Notes: generated by a model not told the origin, from the letters alone. A stretch of 64,000 nucleotides of DNA from an uncultured Gammaproteobacteria bacterium (GCA_964435515.1 CAYSZD010000001.1:4026-68025), one strand, 5' to 3'. Shown: positions 11,180-19,228, numbered from the stretch's first letter. Numbers and translations: made by a program.

Positions 11180-11208
11180 TTGACCCCTCTTTTTTATTCT
11201 GCTATAAT
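11180..11208 (+). promoter_or_regulatory. Sigma70-type promoter of the nrdR-nrdD-nrdG operon
   Basis: TTGACC (11180-11185), 17-nt spacer, TATAAT (11203-11208) preceded by TGC. Confidence 0.55.
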
Positions 11209-11216
11209 GAAGCTAA

Positions 11217-11264
11217 GCACAATATTTAGTGGTTAGTTGACAAAAACTCCACAAAATATAGCAT
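11217..11264 (+). promoter_or_regulatory. Tandem NrdR boxes
   Basis: GCACAATATTTAGTGG (11217-11232) and CCACAAAATATAGCAT (11249-11264). By hand count they match the known 16-bp NrdR palindrome (acaCwAtATaTwGtgt) at 13 and 12 positions. Starts are 32 bp apart and the boxes lie just downstream of the -10. Confidence 0.6.
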
Positions 11265-11277
11265 TAATCTAATTTTT

Positions 11278-11745
11278 ATGAAATGCCCTGTTTGCTATTA
11301 TGTAGATACTAAAGTAATAGATTCTAGGGTGGCGCCTGATGGCCTTTCTATTCGCCGCCGCCGTGAATGTTTAAAGTGTGCCTTTCGTTTTTCTACTTAT
11401 GAAGAGATTGAAATCTTAGACTTAATGATTGTAAAGCGTGATGGTAGAAGAGAATCATATAGCCGTGAAAAATTAATAAGTGGATTAAAAAAATCATTAG
11501 AAAAAAGACCAGTCACTGAGGATAGTTTCAAACAAATTATTCATGGTATTGAAAGAGATTTACAAAAATTAAGAAAAAATGAAGTTACCTCTTTGCAAAT
11601 TGGACAGATTGTAATGAAACACTTAAAGAAAACAGATCCGGTTGCTTATATTCGTTATGCTTCAGTTTATGAATCTTTTAAAGATGCTAATGAATTTAGA
11701 AGAGAGCTCAACAAGCTTATTAAAGTAAAGAAGGGGGAAAAATAA
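11278..11745 (+). CDS. nrdR: Transcriptional repressor NrdR
   Basis: MKCPVCYYVDTKVIDSR...CLKC zinc ribbon plus an ATP-cone, 155 aa. Confidence 0.93.
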   Translation: MKCPVCYYVDTKVIDSRVAPDGLSIRRRRECLKCAFRFSTYEEIEILDLMIVKRDGRRESYSREKLISGLKKSLEKRPVTEDSFKQIIHGIERDLQKLRKNEVTSLQIGQIVMKHLKKTDPVAYIRYASVYESFKDANEFRRELNKLIKVKKGEK

Positions 11746-11835
11746 ATTAACATACTAAATCGATGGCGCAATTTAAGAGTGAAAAGATAGAGGAAGTCTT
11801 TTAAATCTTTAATTTCGCGATCGTTCACTAAAACC

Positions 11836-13887
11836 ATGTCAGAAACAATTAGCCAAATCCGGAAAAGGTCCGGAGACATTCTCGATTTTAGTCCAGAAAA
11901 AATAAAGACTGCTATCTATAAAGCCGCTTTATCTGCTGGTATTGATGATGAAAAATTAGCTCAGACTTTAACTGATGGGGCGGTAAAAAAAATAAATGCT
12001 AAGTTTCATAAAAATAGTATACCAGCGGTTGAAGAAATACAGGATATAGTTGAGGAAGTTTTAATTGAAAATAGGCAAATCAAAACAGCCAAGAATTATA
12101 TTCTTTATAGAGATCAGAGAAGACAACTTCGAGAATTAAATAAGGCGACTTCAGATGAAAAGTTAATGGAAGATTATTTAGGTAGAGCTGATTGGCGTTT
12201 GAAAGAGAATAGTAATATGAGTTTTTCTGTTCAAGGTTTAAATAATTACATTGCTTCAGCTATTTCTGCTCGTTATTGGTTAAATAAAATGTATCCAGCT
12301 AATATTCGGGAAGCTCATGTAAATGGTGATTTACATATCCATGATTTAGGTCTATTAGCTCCATATTGTTGCGGTTGGGATTTAAAAGATTTGTTAATTA
12401 AAGGTTTTGGGGGTGTTTCAGAAAAGATTCAGAGTAAAGCTCCTAAGCATTTTCGTAGCGCTTTAGGTCAGGTTGTTAATTTCTTTTATACAATGCAGGG
12501 AGAAGCGGCCGGCGCACAAGCATTTGCCAACTTTGATACCTATTTAGCTCCTTTTGTTAGATACGATAAATTAACATATAAAGAAGTTAAACAGGGATTA
12601 CAGGAGTTTATGTTTAATTTGAATGTTCCCACTAGGGTTGGTTTTCAGACTCCTTTTACTAATATCACCATGGATGTTACGCCTTCTAAATTAGTTGGCG
12701 AAGAAAATATTATTATTGGTGGTGAAATTAAATCCGAAAAGTATAAAGATTTTCAAGAAGAGATGGACATGATTAACAAAGCCTTCGCAGAAGTAATGAT
12801 CGAAGGTGATGCTACTGGCAGAATGTTTGGTTTTCCTATTCCTACTTATACTATTGATAAGAATTTTGATTGGGATAGAGAGTCTTTAGAGCCAATGTGG
12901 GAGATGACTGCTAAATATGGCATTCCATATTTTTCTAACTTTGTTAATTCGGATATGGACAGAGATGATGCTCGTTCAATGTGCTGTCGTTTACGTTTAG
13001 ATAATAGAGAGCTAAGAAAAAGAGGCGGTGGTTTATTTGGCGCCAATCCTTTAACGGGAAGTTTGGGCGTAGTTACTATTAATTTACCTCGCATTGGTTA
13101 CCTTTCTAAAACTAAAGAAGAATTTTTAGAAAGAATCTATAAATTAATGGATTTAGCTAAAGAAAGTTTAGAAATTAAAAGGAAAGTAATTGAAAAATTT
13201 TCTGAAGGTGGTTTATATCCTTATTCTAAACATTATCTAGCGGATATTAAAGCTCGTTTTGGTACTTATTGGCAAAATCATTTTAATACTATTGGTATTA
13301 ATGGCATGAATGAAGCGTTACTTAATTTTATAGGTAAAGATTTAACTAGTTCAGAGGGACATGTTCTTGCACTTGAGATAATGGATGCTATGAGGGAAAA
13401 ATTAATGGATTATCAAAACGAAACAAATAATTTATATAATTTGGAAGCTACTCCTGGAGAAGGATGTACTTATAGATTTGCTAAGAAAGATTTAGAAACC
13501 TATCCAGATATGATTTTTGCTAATACAGAAGATGCTAAACAGGGAATTCCTCCATATTATACTAATTCAACACATTTACATGTTAATTTTTCAGATGATA
13601 TTTTTGCTGCCTTAGATTTACAAGATGATTTACAAATTAAGTATACTGGCGGCACTGTTTTACATGGTTATTTAGGTGAAAGATTGACCGATGGCAACGC
13701 TGCTAAAAAATTAGCTCGTAAAATTATTGAAAATTATCGTTTACCCTATTTTACCATTACCCCTACTTTTTCAATTTGTCCTAAACACGGATATTTAGCC
13801 GGTGAACATAAATATTGTCCTAAATGTGATGAAGAAATAGGTTATAATAGCGAAGAGATGCAGTCTGAGCGTTGCTCAACAAATTAA
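11836..13887 (+). CDS. nrdD: Anaerobic ribonucleoside-triphosphate reductase, large fragment lacking the glycyl-radical domain
   Basis: N-terminal ATP-cone, class III RNR motifs (SMCCRLRLD, NLEATPGEG) and a C-terminal CPKHG...CPKC zinc site. The ORF stops (TAA 13885-13887) before any RVxGY glycyl-radical motif. Confidence 0.9.
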   Translation: MSETISQIRKRSGDILDFSPEKIKTAIYKAALSAGIDDEKLAQTLTDGAVKKINAKFHKNSIPAVEEIQDIVEEVLIENRQIKTAKNYILYRDQRRQLRELNKATSDEKLMEDYLGRADWRLKENSNMSFSVQGLNNYIASAISARYWLNKMYPANIREAHVNGDLHIHDLGLLAPYCCGWDLKDLLIKGFGGVSEKIQSKAPKHFRSALGQVVNFFYTMQGEAAGAQAFANFDTYLAPFVRYDKLTYKEVKQGLQEFMFNLNVPTRVGFQTPFTNITMDVTPSKLVGEENIIIGGEIKSEKYKDFQEEMDMINKAFAEVMIEGDATGRMFGFPIPTYTIDKNFDWDRESLEPMWEMTAKYGIPYFSNFVNSDMDRDDARSMCCRLRLDNRELRKRGGGLFGANPLTGSLGVVTINLPRIGYLSKTKEEFLERIYKLMDLAKESLEIKRKVIEKFSEGGLYPYSKHYLADIKARFGTYWQNHFNTIGINGMNEALLNFIGKDLTSSEGHVLALEIMDAMREKLMDYQNETNNLYNLEATPGEGCTYRFAKKDLETYPDMIFANTEDAKQGIPPYYTNSTHLHVNFSDDIFAALDLQDDLQIKYTGGTVLHGYLGERLTDGNAAKKLARKIIENYRLPYFTITPTFSICPKHGYLAGEHKYCPKCDEEIGYNSEEMQSERCSTN

Positions 13888-13941
13888 CTAATTTATTTAT
13901 TTATTTATGTTTCTTATGGTTTTTAGATAAATTGTCAATCT

Positions 13942-14109
13942 ATGCCAAAAGAATCAAGACAAAATATGAGCCCTATTACTACAAAGCGTCAAGAATGCAC
14001 CGTCTATAGTCGAGTTGTTGGTTGGTATACGCCAGTAAAAAACTATAATCCTGGTAAAACATCTGAATATAAAGATCGTAAAACCTTTAAGGTTGATTGC
14101 ACTAAATAA
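13942..14109 (+). CDS. nrdD: Stand-alone glycyl-radical domain of NrdD (55 aa, absent from the ORF track)
   Basis: My translation is MPKESRQNMSPITTKRQECTVYSRVVGWYTPVKNYNPGKTSEYKDRKTFKVDCTK. VYSRVVGWYTPVKNYNPGK matches the canonical NrdD C-terminal glycyl-radical loop. It is in the same reading frame as 11836..13887. Confidence 0.75.
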   Translation: MPKESRQNMSPITTKRQECTVYSRVVGWYTPVKNYNPGKTSEYKDRKTFKVDCTK

Positions 14110-14133
14110 TTAATTATTTGAGGGTCGTAGGGA

Positions 14134-14165
14134 AAAAGCCGTTCGTCCGACTCCCGGCGGCTTTT
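14134..14165 (+). other. GC-rich hairpin between the nrdD tail ORF and nrdG (terminator/attenuator-like)
   Basis: AAAAGCCG (14134-14141) pairs with CGGCTTTT (14158-14165). A second helix, GGGTCG (14122-14127) with CGACTCC (14148-14154), interleaves with it. Only a short T-run follows. Confidence 0.3.
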
Positions 14166-14179
14166 CATTCCTTATACCT

Positions 14180-14911
14180 ATGATTATTGGTGGTTTAGAA
14201 AAATTAACATTATTAGATTTTCCAGATAATTTGGCAGCTATTATCTTTACTCAGAATTGTAATTTTCGTTGCCATTATTGCTATAATCCCATGCTTGTCT
14301 GGCCACGCACAGAAATGCTGTCGCCGGATGGGAAGAATATAAAAGAAGATCATCCTTTAATAAAAGAGGAAGATCTTTTTTTGTTTTTAAAAGAAAGAAA
14401 AGGAAAAATAGATGGAGTAGTTATTAGCGGTGGTGAACCTACTCTTCATGCTGACTTGCCTCAATTTATTAAAAAAATTAAAGACTTAGGTTATTTAGTT
14501 AAGCTAGATACAAATGGTACTAATCCTTTAATGTTAGCTAATTTAATAGAAGCTAATTTAATTGATTATATTGCTATGGATATAAAAGCTTCACTTGAAA
14601 AATATGAAGAAACAGTTGCTGTAAAAGTAAATTTAGATAATTTGCAAAAAAGTGTTAAAATGATATTGTCTGGTCCTGTTGCCTATGAATTTAGGAGTAC
14701 CCTGGTACCAAAATTACATGGAGAGGAGGATATTAAAAGAATGGGGAAATTAATAAAAGGAGCTAGGCTATGGTATTTGCAAAAATTTAAGCCTGATGCT
14801 GATTTAATTAATCCTGAGTTTAAAAAACTTCCCACTTTTACGGATCAAGAGTTAAAAGATTTAGCGCTAATTGGGGCTAAATTTGTTCAGCGTTGTGAGG
14901 CTAGAATTTAA
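14180..14911 (+). CDS. nrdG: Anaerobic ribonucleotide reductase activating enzyme (radical SAM)
   Basis: CNFRCHYCYN CxxxCxxC radical-SAM cluster and a GGEPT motif. Located downstream of nrdD. Confidence 0.9.
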   Translation: MIIGGLEKLTLLDFPDNLAAIIFTQNCNFRCHYCYNPMLVWPRTEMLSPDGKNIKEDHPLIKEEDLFLFLKERKGKIDGVVISGGEPTLHADLPQFIKKIKDLGYLVKLDTNGTNPLMLANLIEANLIDYIAMDIKASLEKYEETVAVKVNLDNLQKSVKMILSGPVAYEFRSTLVPKLHGEEDIKRMGKLIKGARLWYLQKFKPDADLINPEFKKLPTFTDQELKDLALIGAKFVQRCEARI

Positions 14912-14921
14912 TTATAATAAT

Positions 14922-15224
14922 ATGAGCGAAATGCAAATTGTTGATCAAAGTTTAAATGATGAAAAAATACCTGATACTATTATTGAAGCAAAAGAAGGAG
15001 ATAGTGATTTAAATCAATTAATTAAAGAAAATTTGGCTCTTACTAGAGAAATTGCCATTATGGTTAGACATATTAATAGATATGTAGCCTGGCAAAGAAT
15101 TTTTGCTTGGGTTAAAGTGCTTTTTATTTTAATCCCCGTGATTGTTGGAGCTATATATTTACCACCATTACTGAATGACGCCTATAAACAATTATTATCA
15201 GCTTTAGGATCTAATATTCAATAG
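14922..15224 (+). CDS. Hypothetical small membrane protein
   Basis: The ATG at 14922 (MSEMQIV...) avoids the 41-nt overlap with nrdG that the tracked start at 14871 implies. One C-terminal TM helix (WVKVLFILIPVIVGAIYLPPLL). Confidence 0.5.
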   Translation: MSEMQIVDQSLNDEKIPDTIIEAKEGDSDLNQLIKENLALTREIAIMVRHINRYVAWQRIFAWVKVLFILIPVIVGAIYLPPLLNDAYKQLLSALGSNIQ

Positions 15225-15230
15225 TTATTT

Positions 15231-17069
15231 ATGAGTCAAGACATTGCTGTTTTTGCGCAAACAACTTTTCGCAATCAATTTAAAAAATTTGGTATTCGTA
15301 CAGATGATCGTCGTCGGCACATGTATTTGATTGGGAAAACAGGTATGGGTAAATCTACTATTCAAGAAAATATGATAGTAGGTGATATTAGAGCTGGATA
15401 TGGATTGGCGGTTGTTGATCCTCATGGAGATTTAGCAGAAAAAATAATTGAATATATTCCTGCTGATAGGATAAAAGACGTTGTATACTTTAATCCGGCT
15501 GATATGGATTATCCTATTGCTTTTAATGTTTTAGAACAAGTAGAACCTCATTTAAGACATTTAGTTGCGTCTGGGTTATTGGGAGTATTTCAAAAACTTT
15601 GGGCTGATTCCTGGGGACCTCGTTTAGAGTATATTTTACGTAATGCTATTTTAGCTATTTTAGATTTTCCAGGATCAACTATATTAGGGGTTGTGCGCAT
15701 GTTGTCTGATAAAGCCTATCGTAAAAGAGTGGTTGCTAATATTAAAGATCCGGTAGTAAAAGCTTTTTGGGAAAAAGAATTTGCTTCGTATGCTGATAAA
15801 TTTGCTTCAGAGGCGGTATCTCCAATTCAAAATAAAGTTGGTCAATTTCTTTCTAGTTCTTTGATGCGTAATATTATAGGTCAAGTGAAATCAACTATTG
15901 ATATTAGAAAAATAATGGATGAAGGAAAGATTTTGATTATGAATTTAAGTAAAGGAAGAATCGGTGAAGATAATTCGGCACTTTTAGGGGCAATGATGAT
16001 TACTAAAATTCAATTAGCAGCCATGAGTAGAGTTGATGTGCCTGAGAATGAACGTAAAGATTTTTTTCTATATATTGATGAATTTCAAAATTTCTCTACT
16101 GATAGCTTTGCCAATATTCTTTCTGAAGCTCGTAAATATCGTTTAAGTTTAATTTTAGCTCATCAATATATTGAACAACTTAGTGAAAAAGTAAAGCCAG
16201 CAGTATTTGGTAATGTGGGGACAATGGTTTCCTTTAGAGTTGGAGCTACTGATGCCGAGGAGCTAGCAAAAGAATTTGCTCCAGTCTTTACTGAAGAAGA
16301 TTTAGTAAATCTACCAAAATATGAAATGTATTTAAAGCTGATGATTGACGGTATTGCTTCTGCTCCATTTTCCGCTAAAGGTTTACCACCTTTAACAGAT
16401 GAAGAAAAAACACATAACCTTGATAAAGTTATTGCTTATTCAAGAGAAAAATATGCTACTTCACGAGTGCTTGTAGAGGAGAGAATTTTACGTTGGCATG
16501 AGGCTCAAGATGAACAACCTGTTAAAGCTCAAGTAGGAGCTAAAGCTAGTTATTCGCCCGATAAAACATTTACTAATAATCAAAAAAAAGAAGAAGTAAA
16601 AGAGATTATAAAAAATGATAAGTTTAGTTCGGGTCCGCTTAGACAAGACAAAGCAATATCTGCAGATAAAACAAATCATAATTCAAAATTACAACAAACA
16701 AAGCCAGTAAATAATGATATTGAAAAAGATTCTGCCTATACGGCTACTTGTGCTCGTTGTAATAAATTAACAAAGACGGTATTTATTCCTGATGGTGTAC
16801 GTCCAGTTTTTTGTAAAGAGTGTCTTGCTATTAAAAGGCAAGAGAAACAAAAAGAGGCAGAGGAGAGAAAGTTAAATAAGGAGAAAGAATTGCGACAAAT
16901 AGATATACAGAAAAAAACAGGGCCAAGTTTGTCTTTGTCGGATTTAAATAAAGTTAAGCCAGTAGATTTTAAAGGACGACCACAGAAAATCTCTTCATCG
17001 GATCATGTATCGCAGTCAGGAGACATGGAAGAAGACGAAATAATAGATTTTTCTAGAAAGGCTGAATAA
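15231..17069 (+). CDS. Soluble VirD4/TraD-like (T4SS coupling-protein-type) P-loop ATPase with C-terminal CxxC-x17-CxxC zinc ribbon
   Basis: Walker A GKTGMGKST and Walker B FFLYIDEFQNF, with LILAHQY. No N-terminal TM helix. The K/E-rich tail contains CARC-x17-CKEC (nt 16749-16823). Confidence 0.8.
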   Translation: MSQDIAVFAQTTFRNQFKKFGIRTDDRRRHMYLIGKTGMGKSTIQENMIVGDIRAGYGLAVVDPHGDLAEKIIEYIPADRIKDVVYFNPADMDYPIAFNVLEQVEPHLRHLVASGLLGVFQKLWADSWGPRLEYILRNAILAILDFPGSTILGVVRMLSDKAYRKRVVANIKDPVVKAFWEKEFASYADKFASEAVSPIQNKVGQFLSSSLMRNIIGQVKSTIDIRKIMDEGKILIMNLSKGRIGEDNSALLGAMMITKIQLAAMSRVDVPENERKDFFLYIDEFQNFSTDSFANILSEARKYRLSLILAHQYIEQLSEKVKPAVFGNVGTMVSFRVGATDAEELAKEFAPVFTEEDLVNLPKYEMYLKLMIDGIASAPFSAKGLPPLTDEEKTHNLDKVIAYSREKYATSRVLVEERILRWHEAQDEQPVKAQVGAKASYSPDKTFTNNQKKEEVKEIIKNDKFSSGPLRQDKAISADKTNHNSKLQQTKPVNNDIEKDSAYTATCARCNKLTKTVFIPDGVRPVFCKECLAIKRQEKQKEAEERKLNKEKELRQIDIQKKTGPSLSLSDLNKVKPVDFKGRPQKISSSDHVSQSGDMEEDEIIDFSRKAE

Positions 17070-17073
17070 TTTT

Positions 17074-17649
17074 ATGTATTTATTTTTTGATACCGAAACA
17101 ACCGGTTTACCTAAAAATTATAAAGCGCTAGCTTCTGATAGTGATAATTGGCCTCGTTTAGTGCAGCTATCATGGGCTTGGTTTGATGAAAATGGTAATG
17201 CTTGGGATCGTTATGATTATATTGTTAAGCCGCTAGAGTTTATTATCCCTGAAGAATCTACTAAAATTCATCGCATCAGTCATGAACAAGCCGTTAAAGA
17301 GGGCGTAGATTTAAAAATGGTTTTAGAAGAATTTTCCGAACATGTTAGTCGGGCTAAATCAATAGTGGGCCATAATATTGATTTTGATGATAAAATTATA
17401 GCTGCTGAATTGTATCGTTTACAAATGCCAAATATTATGGAATCCGCAAATAAGATTTGCACTATGAAATCTAGCGCTAATATTTGTCGCATCAGTAATG
17501 GTCGAGGTTCTTATAAATGGCCAAACTTATCAGAGTTACATCGCTATTTATTTAATAAAGATTTTGATGAAGCTCATAACGCAATGATTGATGTGCTGGC
17601 TTGTGCGCGTTGTTTTTATGAGATCAGAAAAAGGGGTATAAATATATAA
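17074..17649 (+). CDS. DEDDh 3'-5' exonuclease (DnaQ/epsilon-like)
   Basis: Exo I FFDTETTG, Exo II VGHNIDFDDKI, Exo III HNAMIDVLACARCF. The start is 4 nt after the upstream stop. Confidence 0.85.
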   Translation: MYLFFDTETTGLPKNYKALASDSDNWPRLVQLSWAWFDENGNAWDRYDYIVKPLEFIIPEESTKIHRISHEQAVKEGVDLKMVLEEFSEHVSRAKSIVGHNIDFDDKIIAAELYRLQMPNIMESANKICTMKSSANICRISNGRGSYKWPNLSELHRYLFNKDFDEAHNAMIDVLACARCFYEIRKRGINI

Positions 17650-17650
17650 T

Positions 17651-19228
17651 ATGGATTATTTAAAAATTGGTAAAGCTACTCATTTAAGCGGTAAAAATCG
17701 AATTTTATATCGATTTTTTGAAATATTACCAGGAGCATTATCCTTTATTACTCTTTTTGGTTTACTTATTTTATCTTATTTTAAACCAGTTTGGGTAGCT
17801 TTTTTTATTATAGCTTTTGATGTTTATTGGTTACTCATTGTTATTTATCTAGCAGTTTATCTTATCGCCGCTTATCGAGAACTAAAACGTAATAGTAAAA
17901 TTAATTGGCGAGCTAAATGTGAAGAGTTAGATATTGCTAAATATGATAAGAAGGTTGCAGCTGACGCCTTGGTTAGAAGTGGTAAGAGTTGGAAAGATTT
18001 ATGGCAACTTATTATATTTCCTAATTATAATGAAGATGAAGAAATTATAGCCAGTGCTTTGGAGGCTTTATTATTAGACGGTTTTCCGCCTGAGCAAATG
18101 ATTGTTATCTTAGCGATGGAAGAAAGGGCTGGTGAGGCTGCTCATATTAAAGCGGCGGCAATGAAAAAAAGATTTAATAATCGTTTTGCACATTTAATTA
18201 CGACTTTTCATCCTGATGGCATAGAGGGTGAGATAAAAGGCAAGGGTGCTAATCAGTCATGGGCTATAAAAGAAGCAAAAAGAGACTTATTGGATAAAGG
18301 AAATTTTAATTTTGATAATATTTTAGTGAGTGTATTTGATATTGATACCATGGTTCGTCCTGGTTATTTTTTTGCTTTATCATATCGTTTTTTAACAGTA
18401 ACTTCTCCCTATAGAGCTAGCTATCAGCCAATACCGGTTTATCATAATAATCTTTGGCAAGCACCTTTTTTTTCTAGAGTAGCGGCCTCTTCCAACACTT
18501 TTTGGCAAATGATGATGCAAATTAGAGAAGAACAATTAGTGACTTATTCTTCTCATTCTATGACCTTAAAAGCCTTGATAGATATTGGCTTTTGGTCTAC
18601 TAATATGGTGAGCGAAGACTCTCGTATTTTTTGGCAATGTCTTTTACATTATCGTGGTAATTATCGAGTAGAGCCTTTATATTTTCCTGTTTCAATGGAT
18701 ATTACTTTTGATCGTAATTTTTGGCAAACTGCCAAGAGTTTATATAAACAACAAAGAAGATGGGCATGGGGCGCTGAAAATGTTCCTTATTTAATGTTTA
18801 ATACAGTTAAGTTATGGAAAGAGATTGATAGAAAAAAATTAGTTGGTCATATCGCTGTACAGCTTTATGGTTTTCATTCATGGGCTACTAATGCTTTAAT
18901 TATTGCTGTAATTGGCTGGATGCCAATGCTTTTGGGTGGAGATCGTTTTAATTCAACTGTTTTGTCTGGTAATTTGCCTGCTATTACGCAAACACTCATG
19001 AATATTGCTATGATTGGCTTAGTGTTGTCGGCTGTTATTTCTACCTTATTACTTCCTAAGAGGCCTAAAAATTATTCTTTCTTTAAAAGCGTAAGAATGT
19101 TGCTAGAATGGATTTTTGTTCCTTTTACTATTATCTTTTTTGGATCCATTCCTTGTTTAGATGCACAGTTAAGATTATTGAGAGGAAAATATATGGGTTT
19201 TTGGGTAACACCTAAATCTCGCTCATAA
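17651..19228 (+). CDS. Processive family-2 glycosyltransferase (cellulose/chitin-synthase-like), membrane-embedded
   Basis: DID (VFDIDTMV), ED (SEDSRIFW) and the QxxRW motif (QQRRWAWG), with flanking TM helices. Confidence 0.75.
   Translation: MDYLKIGKATHLSGKNRILYRFFEILPGALSFITLFGLLILSYFKPVWVAFFIIAFDVYWLLIVIYLAVYLIAAYRELKRNSKINWRAKCEELDIAKYDKKVAADALVRSGKSWKDLWQLIIFPNYNEDEEIIASALEALLLDGFPPEQMIVILAMEERAGEAAHIKAAAMKKRFNNRFAHLITTFHPDGIEGEIKGKGANQSWAIKEAKRDLLDKGNFNFDNILVSVFDIDTMVRPGYFFALSYRFLTVTSPYRASYQPIPVYHNNLWQAPFFSRVAASSNTFWQMMMQIREEQLVTYSSHSMTLKALIDIGFWSTNMVSEDSRIFWQCLLHYRGNYRVEPLYFPVSMDITFDRNFWQTAKSLYKQQRRWAWGAENVPYLMFNTVKLWKEIDRKKLVGHIAVQLYGFHSWATNALIIAVIGWMPMLLGGDRFNSTVLSGNLPAITQTLMNIAMIGLVLSAVISTLLLPKRPKNYSFFKSVRMLLEWIFVPFTIIFFGSIPCLDAQLRLLRGKYMGFWVTPKSRS

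Noticed and set aside
13885-13926. Stop-codon reassignment or simple readthrough joining the two nrdD ORFs
   Set aside because: The in-frame stops are TAA and TAG, which terminate many well-supported genes in this window. TGA also functions as a stop (for example 25571-25573), so there is no sign of an alternative code.
13888-13941. Group I/II intron or intein splitting nrdD (T4 nrdD has a group I intron; archaeal RNRs have inteins)
   Set aside because: The intervening segment is only 54 nt (at most about 123 nt if the duplicated-looking junction is included). That is far below the minimal size for self-splicing introns. It contains stops, so it cannot be an intein.
14871-14921. Upstream starts given in the ORF track for 14871-15224, 22152-23102, 37454-39598 and 34351-35214
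   Set aside because: These extensions overlap the preceding gene or run through promoter/operator sequence. Downstream ATGs (14922, 22194, 37517, 35175) give compact, conventional gene starts. The choice remains unverified.
15225-15425. 66-aa minus-strand ORF at the start of the ATPase gene
   Set aside because: It is antisense to the Walker A region of a clearly conserved ATPase, and I could find no independent signals for it.
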